DNA of 64,000 nt from an uncultured Alphaproteobacteria bacterium (GCA_963767435.1 CAVYEY010000029.1:3857-67856), one strand, 5' to 3'; shown: positions 50,107 through 59,165, counted from the stretch's first letter. A program made the numbers and translations. Notes: a model not told the origin generated them from the letters alone.

Positions 50107-51279
50107 ATGGCCACAACCCAGGCCACCAGACGCGGTCTGACCGACCCAGAACGCGCGGCCGCAATCATTGCCGATATCCCCGAGCCTATCGATACACAGC
50201 GCAGGATGAACTACTTCGTGACGCCGCGCGGCAAGCGGCTCAGCGAATATGAAATCCTGTCTCTCTACACCCAGCCCAATCCGGACTGGATCTCGGGCGG
50301 CCTCGACTGGGGCGACTGGACTCAGAAGTTCCATGGCGGCCGTCCCTCGTGGGGCAATGAGTCCACCGAGTTGCGCACCACCGACTGGTACCGCCACCGC
50401 GACCCCTACCGCCGCTGGCACGCTCCCTATGTAAAGGACAAGGCCGAGGAGTGGCGCTACACCGAACGCTTCATTAATGCCTATTCCACCGAAGGCGCCG
50501 TCCGCTCGATAAACACGTTCTGGCGCGACGAAATGATCAACAAGTACTGGGGCGCCTTCCTGTTCAACGAGTATGGGCTGTTCAACGCTCATTCCTCGGT
50601 GATGCGCGACTGCCTGTCGGACGTAATCCGTCAGACCGCCGGTTGTGCCGGGTTCGACAAGATCGACATCGCTCAGATGATCCAGCTTGAACGCAACCTG
50701 CTGTCCAAACTCTCGCCGGGCTTCCCGGAGTCGACCGATGCGCCTAAAAATGTCTGGCTCACCGATCCGGTTTACAAAAACGCCCGCGCCACCGTGGAAG
50801 AGGTGTGGCAGGGCATCCAGGACTGGAACGAAATCCTCTGGGGTGTGCATGCCGTCTATGACTCCATCTTCGGGCAATTCGTCCGCCGGGAGTTCTTCGG
50901 CCGCATGTCCGCCCATTACGGCGACAACCTGACGCCGTTCTTCCTTGCCCAGTCGCAGACCTACTTCCAGATCAACCGCGCCGGTATTCAGGACCTGTAT
51001 CTGCATTGCTTGGCCAACGATCCTGAATTCGCCGATCACAACCGGCGGTGGCTCAGGGCCTGGACATCCAAGTGGCTGGCCAAGACGGTGGAAGCGCTGC
51101 GGGACTTCGTTGCCATCTACGCCAAGGTCGACAAGGTTCCCGGCCTCAGCGATCCGGCGTCCATCGCGGCAACCGTCCGGCGCGTGCTCGCCGACTGGGC
51201 CGAGGACTACGCCAACGCTATCGACTTCAAATTCGATATCGACAAGACCACAGCCGGGATCGTCAGCGGATTAAAATGA
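50107..51279 (+). CDS. mmoY: sMMO hydroxylase beta subunit
   Basis: RRGLTDPERAA, DWGDWTQKFHGGRPSWGNESTELRTTDWYRHRDP and GDNLTPFF motifs. Confidence 0.97.
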   Translation: MATTQATRRGLTDPERAAAIIADIPEPIDTQRRMNYFVTPRGKRLSEYEILSLYTQPNPDWISGGLDWGDWTQKFHGGRPSWGNESTELRTTDWYRHRDPYRRWHAPYVKDKAEEWRYTERFINAYSTEGAVRSINTFWRDEMINKYWGAFLFNEYGLFNAHSSVMRDCLSDVIRQTAGCAGFDKIDIAQMIQLERNLLSKLSPGFPESTDAPKNVWLTDPVYKNARATVEEVWQGIQDWNEILWGVHAVYDSIFGQFVRREFFGRMSAHYGDNLTPFFLAQSQTYFQINRAGIQDLYLHCLANDPEFADHNRRWLRAWTSKWLAKTVEALRDFVAIYAKVDKVPGLSDPASIAATVRRVLADWAEDYANAIDFKFDIDKTTAGIVSGLK

Positions 51280-51291
51280 GGAGCCAATACC

Positions 51292-51708
51292 ATGCCAGCA
51301 GGTAAAAACGCCTACAACGCAGGTATCATGCAGAAGAATGGCGCTGCCTTCGCAGCCGAATTCTTTGACGAGAAGAACCAAGTCGTCCACGAGTCCAACA
51401 CGGTGGTGCTGGTACTCATGAAGAGTGACGAAATCGACGCCATTGTCGAGGAGATCATTCTTGGGCCAGGAAAGAAGGAGAATCCCTCGATCACCGTAGA
51501 GGATCGTACCGGCTTTTGGTGGATCAAGGCGGATGGGAAGATCCAGGTCGATACCGAAGCCGCTGCCGACATGCTCGGCAAGAACTATTCAGTCTACGAC
51601 TTCCTTGTGAATGTGTCCTCGACAATCGGGCGCGCCTATACGCTCGGCAACACCTTCACGATCACGTCGGAGCTGATGGGGCTCGACCGTAAACTAGCCG
51701 ACGTCTGA
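51292..51708 (+). CDS. mmoB: sMMO regulatory protein B
   Basis: NAYNAGIM, NQVVHESNTVVLVLMKSDEID and VSSTIGRAYTLGNTFTITSELMGLDR motifs. Confidence 0.97.
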   Translation: MPAGKNAYNAGIMQKNGAAFAAEFFDEKNQVVHESNTVVLVLMKSDEIDAIVEEIILGPGKKENPSITVEDRTGFWWIKADGKIQVDTEAAADMLGKNYSVYDFLVNVSSTIGRAYTLGNTFTITSELMGLDRKLADV

Positions 51709-51720
51709 CGAATACCGGCG

Positions 51721-51766
51721 CCGCTTCCGTCATGGCCGGGTCATCGCCGTGCCATGACGGAAGCGG
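51721..51766. repeat. 16-bp perfect inverted repeat between mmoB and mmoZ
   Basis: CCGCTTCCGTCATGGC / GCCATGACGGAAGCGG; the GTCATGGCCGGG core resembles rhizobial REPs. Confidence 0.6.
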
Positions 51767-51807
51767 GCGGATGCCCAAGAGAGCACAAAAATAGTGAGGT
51801 AACCCCA

Positions 51808-52326
51808 ATGGCTAAATGCAACATCCATGACAATCCCCTGCGGGATGAGTGGCTGGCGAAGATCGGCGCCCTCGACAGCGTGGAGACGGCAACCGCCTTC
51901 ATTCAAGACTTCCGCAAGAACCACACGTCGCCGTTCCGGACGTCCTACGGCCTGGAACTCGATTATCTGTTTATCGAGGCCAAAATCGAGGAACGCCTGT
52001 CGGTCCTGAAGGCCAACAAGTTGAACGACGCCGGCCTTCTGAACCAAACCACGACTGGCGAGGACGCCGCCGCGGTTGCGGACATCTGGAAACGGCGCAT
52101 GGACGCCGAGACCAGCAAGTTCGGGGCGGAGAAAATACTCATCCAGTTCCGCCAGCTTTACAAACCTCCAGTGATGCCGGTGAACCACTTCCTGAAGGTG
52201 GACAGCTATCTGGGCTCGCGCCTCATGGAACTGCGCAACACCAACTACTACGAAACGCCCCTGGCGGAGCTGCGCAAACAACGCGGCGTGAAAGTGCTGT
52301 ATCTCGCGAACGGCGCGACACCGTAA
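51808..52326 (+). CDS. mmoZ: sMMO hydroxylase gamma subunit
   Basis: [42 protein letters not shown] and [10 protein letters not shown] motifs. Confidence 0.96.
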   Translation: MAKCNIHDNPLRDEWLAKIGALDSVETATAFIQDFRKNHTSPFRTSYGLELDYLFIEAKIEERLSVLKANKLNDAGLLNQTTTGEDAAAVADIWKRRMDAETSKFGAEKILIQFRQLYKPPVMPVNHFLKVDSYLGSRLMELRNTNYYETPLAELRKQRGVKVLYLANGATP

Positions 52327-52438
52327 ACGGGCTGTAGCGGCGCAGAAGGGCGGGCGCGGTGTTTTAGGAGACCGGCCCCGCCGTTCGAAATTTCGCGGCC
52401 TGTCCGCGGTGCGCGAGGACAAACGCAAGGAGGAAGCC

Positions 52439-52711
52439 ATGTACACGCGGGACATACTGGCCGGGAACGAAACGCCGTCAGGCGTTGAGATGCCATTCAC
52501 CGATGCGGCCGTTCTCGAACGGCACGGCATTGAGGGCGATGGCCCTTACAGCGCGGTCATCGAGGATCTCGGCTTCATGTGGCGCTGGAGCCTATTTCGC
52601 GGACGCGAGATGTGCCAGCATGGCTGTTCGCTGAGCGAGCGTGCCTCGCGCGAGGCCGTCGGCCACGTGCTTGCCTTCTACGGAATCCGCGATAGCGACG
52701 GGAAAACTTGA
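52439..52711 (+). CDS. mmoD: sMMO MmoD (OrfY)
   Basis: DLGFMWRW...GCSLSERASREAVGHVL core; AGGAGG RBS; located after mmoZ. Confidence 0.9.
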   Translation: MYTRDILAGNETPSGVEMPFTDAAVLERHGIEGDGPYSAVIEDLGFMWRWSLFRGREMCQHGCSLSERASREAVGHVLAFYGIRDSDGKT

Positions 52712-52946
52712 CGGCCAGTCCCGGCAAGTCTTGGTGACCCTCCATCGTTGCAAGGGGCATGGCGCCGAAGCAATCCAGAAGCGGTAAACGCGACGCCAAT
52801 TTCTGGATCGCCACCGCCATCAAGGCGGCCTCGCGGCACCGGGACGATAACGCAATTGTACCAAATGGCCACCGCCCCCGCAGCCGCGGCCACGTCATGG
52901 CCGGGGAACGGGAGAGCTGTGCCCGGAAAACAGGGAGAGTAACGCC

Positions 52947-53489
52947 ATGAATTCACTACTCGCATTGTCAATCAGCATTGCTACGCTCGGAGGCGTATGG
53001 ACCTTCCTGGCGCTTGGTCCCCTGCACGGGTTCGTCCTGGTTTGGGCCGGATTTCTCGCTTGGGGAGCGTTCTTCCATAGCATCGGCGGCAAAAAGCCGC
53101 TCACGAAAACGGCCGCCGGGATGGCCTACGGCGCCTTCATCGCGTGGGTTTGTCTGCTGATCTTCACATCGGCGCCCATGCCCGCCCTCGGCGCGCTCTA
53201 TCCGGCTATCCTTGTCTCGGCAACGGTGTTCCTGCTCGTGATCGTCGCGGGGATCGAGCCCTTGTCGCCGGTGCCCGCCAACGTCTACGGCTACGCCGCA
53301 CTGGTTGCCTATAGCCTGCACCAGCCCGCTACGGCGCCCGGTACAGGCCCGCTGGAAAACCTGCTCACGCCGTCCTTCGCCAATCCGCTGGTGCTGATCG
53401 CCGTATCGGCGGCGGCTGGCGCGGTATTCGGCTGGTTCTCGTCCCAACTCGCGAAGGCCCTGGGCAAAGCCGTCCCGGCCTCGGCCTAA
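52947..53489 (+). CDS. DUF1097-like inner-membrane protein
   Basis: About five TM helices with VWAGFLAWGAFFHSIG and PANVYGYAA motifs. Confidence 0.65.
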   Translation: MNSLLALSISIATLGGVWTFLALGPLHGFVLVWAGFLAWGAFFHSIGGKKPLTKTAAGMAYGAFIAWVCLLIFTSAPMPALGALYPAILVSATVFLLVIVAGIEPLSPVPANVYGYAALVAYSLHQPATAPGTGPLENLLTPSFANPLVLIAVSAAAGAVFGWFSSQLAKALGKAVPASA

Positions 53490-53525
53490 GTCCGTAAACG
53501 CCAAGATCGCATAGGGGAAAACGGC

Positions 53526-54578
53526 ATGTATAAGATCACAGCATACACCGAGGATGGACATATCATCGAATTCGCGGGTTCGCCCAGCGAGGATATCGTC
53601 ACGAGCGCGCTGAAGCAGGACGTCATTCTCCTGACGTCTTGCCGCGAAGGCGGTTGCGCCACATGCAAGGCGGAATGTTCGGACGGCGATTACGAGCTGG
53701 CGAATGCCAGCGTGCAGGCGCTGCCGCCGGACGAAGAGGAGGAAGGTTTCGTCCTCCTGTGCTGCACCTATCCGCGCAGCAATCTTACGCTCAATCTCCC
53801 TTATACGTTCGATCGGGTTTCGTTTGAGAAGACCAACCAGGAATGGACCGGCGATATCGCCGTGGCGGAGCGTGTGTCGTCCAACGTCATGCGTCTGGTG
53901 ATCCGCCCGGGCGATCCCGAGACAGGCGAGCCGGTGAAGCTCAAGTTCACGCCAGGCCAATATATCGACATCGAGGTGCCCGGTACGGATGTCTGGCGCT
54001 CCTATTCCCTGGCCACCACAAGCGATAGCGGCGACCTGGAGTTCCTGATCCGCCTGCTGCCGGATGGGTTCTTCTCGAAGTTCCTGCTGACCGGGGCTGC
54101 TCCCGGCGTGCGGGTGAGGCTGCATGGCCCCTTGGGCGCGTTCGCCATGCGCGAGAATGGATTCCGGCCCCGTTACTTCATCGCGGGCGGCACCGGGCTA
54201 TCGCCAGTATTGTCGATGATCCGCCACATGCAGATCGAGGAGCATCCGCAGCAGGCGAAGTTGTTTTTCGGCGTCACTCACGAACACGAGCTGTTTTTCG
54301 CCGATACGTTGCGTGAGATCGAAAGCGCAATGTCGAATTTAGAAGTTCACATATCTGTTATAAATCCAGAGTTGTCTTCGCCATATCCGGCAGGCACAGT
54401 AGTTGACGAACTGAAGAAGGACTTCGAGCTGGGCGGAGCAAGTCCGGACATTTATGTCTGTGGCCCACCCGCGATGATCGACGCGACACTTGCCGCCGCA
54501 AGAAAGTATGGCATGCCGGCCGATCAGATATTCTACGAGAGGTTCCTGGCTTCAGGCCGGGCACAAGCAGCGGAATGA
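53526..54578 (+). CDS. mmoC: sMMO reductase
   Basis: SCREGGCATCK...LLCC 2Fe-2S domain, ALPPDEEE, RSYS, GFRPRYFIAGGTGLSP and YVCGPP motifs. Confidence 0.96.
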   Translation: MYKITAYTEDGHIIEFAGSPSEDIVTSALKQDVILLTSCREGGCATCKAECSDGDYELANASVQALPPDEEEEGFVLLCCTYPRSNLTLNLPYTFDRVSFEKTNQEWTGDIAVAERVSSNVMRLVIRPGDPETGEPVKLKFTPGQYIDIEVPGTDVWRSYSLATTSDSGDLEFLIRLLPDGFFSKFLLTGAAPGVRVRLHGPLGAFAMRENGFRPRYFIAGGTGLSPVLSMIRHMQIEEHPQQAKLFFGVTHEHELFFADTLREIESAMSNLEVHISVINPELSSPYPAGTVVDELKKDFELGGASPDIYVCGPPAMIDATLAAARKYGMPADQIFYERFLASGRAQAAE

Positions 54579-54654
54579 CTAGTACGCCCCGCGGGAAATC
54601 CTCACCCCTATGCGGCTGGCTCCGGCAGGATTTCCCGCGGATAAGGCGTACTAG
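54579..54654. mobile_element. CTAGTAC-ended miniature inverted-repeat element 1
   Basis: CTAGTACGCC-CCGCGGGAAATCCT ... AGGATTTCCCGCGG-ATAA-GGCGTACTAG, starting directly after the mmoC stop codon. Confidence 0.65.
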
Positions 54655-54667
54655 CAGACTCTTGTAT

Positions 54668-54744
54668 CTAGTACAGCTTATCCGCCGGAAGCTCGCTCGG
54701 CGGATAGCGGCAAGCGGGTGCGAACTTCCGGCGGGCTGTACTTG
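54668..54744. mobile_element. CTAGTAC-ended miniature inverted-repeat element 2 (related, opposite orientation)
   Basis: CTAGTACAGC-TTATC-CGCCGGAAG ... CTTCCGGCG-GGCTGTACTTG; its left end resembles the reverse complement of element 1's right end. Confidence 0.55.
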
Positions 54745-54770
54745 GCTGGCCAAGCAGAGGCGAGGCAATC

Positions 54771-55118
54771 GTGAGCGATGACGGCCCAGAGGAGTTCTGC
54801 GATCCGGCCTTCATCGCCGCGATGGCCAGGGAGCTTGACGCATCGGCGCGCAAACTGGAAGCGCGCGAAAAGGAACTGGTGGCACTGCTGGGCGCGGATC
54901 GCGTGGCCGAACTGGCCGGACTTTGGGCCAAGGAGATGGAGCCGCTCGATGAGGCCGAGCTGAAGCGCAATATGGACTGGTCCGACAAGGAACTCATCTG
55001 GGTCTGGTCGCGCCTGGAGCGCGCGCGGGCGCGGCGGGTACTCGCAGGCCGGCAGGCAATGCTGCACATTCAATATGGTCCCGAAACACGGCAGAGCGAA
55101 GAGGATACGGAGATGTAG
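54771..55118 (+). CDS. Hypothetical protein preceding mmoG
   Basis: GAGG RBS and host-like codons; small ORFs precede mmoG in several characterised mmo clusters. Confidence 0.65.
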   Translation: MSDDGPEEFCDPAFIAAMARELDASARKLEAREKELVALLGADRVAELAGLWAKEMEPLDEAELKRNMDWSDKELIWVWSRLERARARRVLAGRQAMLHIQYGPETRQSEEDTEM

Positions 55119-55180
55119 CAGCCGGCAAGCCAGCGCCCATCATAACAAGAATTAGAGCGCTAAAAGGGTAGGAGAACACC

Positions 55181-56863
55181 ATGGCCAAGGCATTTCATTT
55201 TGGCGGCGCGGGGCGCCTGCGCATGCTGGCGGGCGCGAACCTGCTGGCGGATGCGGTGCAAATCACACTCGGCCCGCACGGGCGCAACGTGCTTATAGAG
55301 CATCGCACGGGCGGCTTGGCACCGGTCCTGACCCGCGACGGCATCACGGTGGCGCGGTCCATCGAGGATGGCGACGCCGCGCGAAACGCAGGAGTCGCGA
55401 TGCTGCGCGAGGCGGCGCGCAATGTGTCGCGACTGGCTGGCGATGGCACTTCCACGACCATCGTGCTTGCCCGGTGCATCGCGGCCGGGGCGGTGAAGGC
55501 AATGGCGGCCGGAATGGATCCGAAGGGCTTGCGCGAGGGCATCGGCATGGCCACGGACGCCGTTATCGCCGATCTCGAACGGCGCGCCCGCAAATGCGCT
55601 TCAGGGCCCGCTCTCGTTGCCCTTGGTACCATTGCCGCGAACGGCGAAGACTGTATCGGCACAATGCTTGCGGAGGCATTCGAACGGGTGGGGGCCGATG
55701 GCATCGTCGCGTTGGAGCTAGGCGAAGGCCGCGAGGACAAATTGGAGTTTGTCGAAGGCGCCGCCTGGGACCAAGGCTATCCATCCCGCTATTTCGTCAC
55801 CAATAGGGATCTCGAAACGGCCGAACTGGACAATCCGTTCGTGCTGCTCACCGACCGCATTATCACCCGGTTCGACGAACTGATCCCAGCGCTCGACCTC
55901 GTGCGCGAGGAAAACGGCAGCCTCCTGATCGTGGCCGAAAATATCGAAGAGAAGGTTTTGCCGCCGCTGTTGCTCAACCACATTCGCGCCGTCGTCCGCG
56001 CGGTCCCGGTGAAACCGCCAGGATATGGCGAGACGCGTGCGCACGCGCTTGCCGATCTCGCGGTGCTGACCGGCGGACGCGCGTTCCTGGAATCGTGCGG
56101 CGACAGCCTGGAGCAGGTGCGTCTTGCCGATCTCGGAAGAGCGAGGCGCGCGGTGGTGACGGAAAACTCTATATCGCTCATGGGCGGTGGCGGCGCGCCC
56201 GGCGCCATCGCTGAGCGTACCGCCTCCATCGAGCAGCAGATCGGCTGGATTCGCAACGGCGATGCAAGCAAAGGCTCGGCCATCGGCAAATCCCATGATC
56301 AGGAGCAACTTGACGAGCGTTTGCGCCGTCTGAGCGGAGTTGCCGCGGTCATTCGCGTGGGCGGCGGCACGGATGTGGAGATCAAGGAACGCCTGCAACG
56401 GTTTGAGAATGCAAAGAACTCCATGCGCGGGGCGCTGCGCGAGGGCGTGCTGCCCGGCGGCGGCACGGCTCTGCTGCGCGCCCGCGAGGCATTGCGCGAT
56501 CTTCCGCGCGAACCGCTCGATGTGCGCTGCGGCATCGATATCGTCGCGCGGGCGATCGCCGAGCCTGCCCGGCTGATCGGCGCTAACATGGGCGAGGACC
56601 CCGCGCAGGTGCTGACGCGCATACTCGCCGGCGCCAACCCGTTCTTCGGCCTTGACGCAAGGCATGGGCGGTTTGGCGATCTGTATGAGCTGGGTGTGCT
56701 CGATCCGCTGATCGTGACGCGGCTCGCCTTGCAGGAGGCGGCAAGCACGGCTTCAATGCTGATGACGGCCGAATGCGTCATCACGCAGATACCGCCGGAA
56801 GACCCGCTCTATGGCTATACGCCTGAGTGGGCCGCCGCCACACGCGAAGACCCGCGCGTATAG
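55181..56863 (+). CDS. mmoG: sMMO-specific GroEL-like chaperonin MmoG
   Basis: Divergent GroEL (TLGPHGRNV, TRDGITVA, AGDGTST, PGGG) with no GGM tail and no groES, next to the mmo genes. Confidence 0.9.
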   Translation: MAKAFHFGGAGRLRMLAGANLLADAVQITLGPHGRNVLIEHRTGGLAPVLTRDGITVARSIEDGDAARNAGVAMLREAARNVSRLAGDGTSTTIVLARCIAAGAVKAMAAGMDPKGLREGIGMATDAVIADLERRARKCASGPALVALGTIAANGEDCIGTMLAEAFERVGADGIVALELGEGREDKLEFVEGAAWDQGYPSRYFVTNRDLETAELDNPFVLLTDRIITRFDELIPALDLVREENGSLLIVAENIEEKVLPPLLLNHIRAVVRAVPVKPPGYGETRAHALADLAVLTGGRAFLESCGDSLEQVRLADLGRARRAVVTENSISLMGGGGAPGAIAERTASIEQQIGWIRNGDASKGSAIGKSHDQEQLDERLRRLSGVAAVIRVGGGTDVEIKERLQRFENAKNSMRGALREGVLPGGGTALLRAREALRDLPREPLDVRCGIDIVARAIAEPARLIGANMGEDPAQVLTRILAGANPFFGLDARHGRFGDLYELGVLDPLIVTRLALQEAASTASMLMTAECVITQIPPEDPLYGYTPEWAAATREDPRV

Positions 56864-57173
56864 CCGGGTCCGGCAGTTATACCGGCGAGCCAAAGTTTTG
56901 ACTCTCCGGCCGCAGTTCCCGCCGGCACGCGGCGTTGATGGCCGCGAGCACGCCTTCGTGGATGAAGGCGTGCCGTTCATGCCGCTGCCGCCTTTGCCGC
57001 ATCGAAGGGGGCACCGCCGGCTGGCATACGGGGCATGGCCGCAACGCCAAGCCGGCTGCCCCTACACCACGGACGCGACCACGCTGCGCCGGTCTTGAGC
57101 TGGCTTGCGGCGCCAATGTCAAGGCAAGTACCTTGCGCCGCAAACCAGACTTCATGCCGAGGCCGGCGGGTGG

Positions 57174-57456
57174 TCAGAACTTCACGGTCACGCCGGCGTA
57201 GACCGAGCGGCCCATGCCGGCAAGGGGCTCGAACGATGCCGCGCCCATCCAGTTGGACATCATGCCCGCAAAGCCCGCAGCGGAGTTGCCGAGATAAGCG
57301 CCGCCGAGGGGCGAGTAGTATTGCTGGTTGAGCAGGTTCTCGACGCCGAGGTCGAAGCGGACGTTGCCCCATTGATAGCTGCTACGCAGGTTCATCAGCG
57401 CATAGCCCGGCGTTGTCAACTCGTTGCGGATTGTCTCGACATCGGTCTTGGCGCCA
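57174..57456 (-). pseudogene. C-terminal fragment of a TonB-dependent receptor
   Basis: AKTDVETIRNELTTPGYALMNLR...GVENLLNQQY...GRSVYAGVTVKF; the upstream gene body is replaced by repeat copy B. Confidence 0.85.
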
Positions 57457-57462
57457 CATCTA

Positions 57463-57742
57463 TTAAGAAAATGTGGTTAACGCGGAATCGCGGATGCTCA
57501 AAAATGGCAGAAATTGCTCGAATTTTAGCTCAAACTGCTGGTATTCGAGCATTGAAAACTACGGTTAAATATTGTGTCTTTACCATAATCATGACACCCA
57601 ATGGATATTTTTACGTGCAAAATCAATGCGTTACCAAAATCTCCCTTTTAACCCTTCAGTAAAGCACATCGATTACAATTAGTTCAAAGTCGAAAAACCC
57701 CCTTCGATTACCAAAATGGGCACTTTTGCGGGCCGGGAATTC
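57463..57742 (+). repeat. ~280-bp AT-rich dispersed repeat, copy B, with an IHF consensus site
   Basis: Aligns with 16660-16928; AATCAATGCGTTA at 57621-57633. Confidence 0.9.
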
Positions 57743-57902
57743 CAGTATGGCGTCAGTACGCAGCTTGCAGCAGTCTTCCAGATACGGTACCTGCCTGCCC
57801 CGCGAATCGCGGCACTTCTGCGCACCGCCAGGCCAGAGCATTTGCAGATCCTCGCCGTTCATTTTATGCTACTTAAATGAGCTCAAGCGCAGCGCCACCC
57901 CA

Positions 57903-59165
57903 ATGCTGAAACGAATGCCATGGCCCGTCATTCTCCAGGTCATCCCCGAGCTGTCGGCCGGAGGAGCGGAGCGTTCCGCCATCGAAATGGCGGAGGCCAT
58001 AACGCTGGCAGGCGGGCGGGCGCTTGTCGTAGCTGCGGGCGGCAGACTTGAGGACGAACTCGTGGCCGCGGGCGGCGAACTGATCCGCTTCCCCGCCAAG
58101 ACCAAAAACCCGCTTGCAATCCTGTACAACGCCTGGAGGCTCAAGCGCCTCATCAGGAGCCACGGCGTCAGCCTCGTTCACGCCAGGAGCCGTGCGCCCG
58201 CCTGGAGCGCGTATCTCGCCGCTAAACGCACCCGCCGCTGCTTCGTGACCACCTATCACGGCATCTACAACCAAAACAGCAAGCTCAAGGCTTATTACAA
58301 CGGCGTGATGTCGCGCGGCGACGCCGTCATCTGCAACTCGCAATACACGGCAAAGCTGGTGCGCGAGCGCCATCCCGAGGCCGCGGACCGGGTTGGCGTC
58401 ATCTATCGCGGCGTGGACCTCAAGGCATTCGATTCGGCCGCTGTGAGCGCGGAGCGCGTGCGCGCGATCCGCGAGCAGTGGGGCGTGCAGCAGGCCAAGC
58501 GCATCGTTCTCCTGCCTGCGCGGCTCACGCGCTGGAAGGGCCAAGCAGTGCTGATCGAGGCTGCGGCGCAACTGCTCGCGCACGGCGACTACGCGGACAC
58601 GGCATTTGTGCTGGCAGGCGATGAACAAACCCGCTCGTCCTTCAAGGCAGAGCTTGAAGCTTCCATTGAGGCGCATGGCCTTCGCGGCCGGGTTTTCGTT
58701 CCAGGTCACTGCGGCGACATGCCCGCTGCGTTCAAGGCTGCAAGCTTCACGGTGCTCCCCTCCATAGAAGCGGAGGCTTTCGGGCGCTCAGCCGTCGAAT
58801 CGCAAGCAATGGGCTGTCCCGTTATCGCCTCCAATATCGGAGCCTTCCCAGAAACCGTGACGCGCGAACCTGGCCTGCTTGCTCATGCTGCCGGCGGCCA
58901 GGACGGCGGCGCCACAAACACAGCCTGCACAGCGGGCCCTGGGCCCTGGCTTTTCGAGCCCGGCAACGCCACGGCCCTTTGCGAATCGCTGCGCCACGCC
59001 CTGGAAATGGACTGTTGCGCTCTGGAGGCATTGCGGCAGCGGGGTATCGAAAGGGTACGCCGGGAATTTTCTACACATTCCCTTCAATTGCAAAGCTTGA
59101 CAGTTTATGACCGTTTGCTAGGAACTCAACTCGCGGAGGCATTCAAAACTGCGACGCAAAAGTGA
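57903..59165 (+). CDS. Glycosyltransferase family 4
   Basis: GGAERS, VHARSRAPAWS, ARLTRWKGQ and EAFGRSAVE motifs. Confidence 0.9.
   Translation: MLKRMPWPVILQVIPELSAGGAERSAIEMAEAITLAGGRALVVAAGGRLEDELVAAGGELIRFPAKTKNPLAILYNAWRLKRLIRSHGVSLVHARSRAPAWSAYLAAKRTRRCFVTTYHGIYNQNSKLKAYYNGVMSRGDAVICNSQYTAKLVRERHPEAADRVGVIYRGVDLKAFDSAAVSAERVRAIREQWGVQQAKRIVLLPARLTRWKGQAVLIEAAAQLLAHGDYADTAFVLAGDEQTRSSFKAELEASIEAHGLRGRVFVPGHCGDMPAAFKAASFTVLPSIEAEAFGRSAVESQAMGCPVIASNIGAFPETVTREPGLLAHAAGGQDGGATNTACTAGPGPWLFEPGNATALCESLRHALEMDCCALEALRQRGIERVRREFSTHSLQLQSLTVYDRLLGTQLAEAFKTATQK

Noticed and set aside
55181-56863. Housekeeping groEL
   Set aside because: Highly divergent, no groES, no GGM tail, and located in the mmo cluster.
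56877-57155. 92-aa minus-strand ORF downstream of the TonB fragment
   Set aside because: No motif and Arg/Pro-rich composition typical of a spurious frame; at most a decayed gene.
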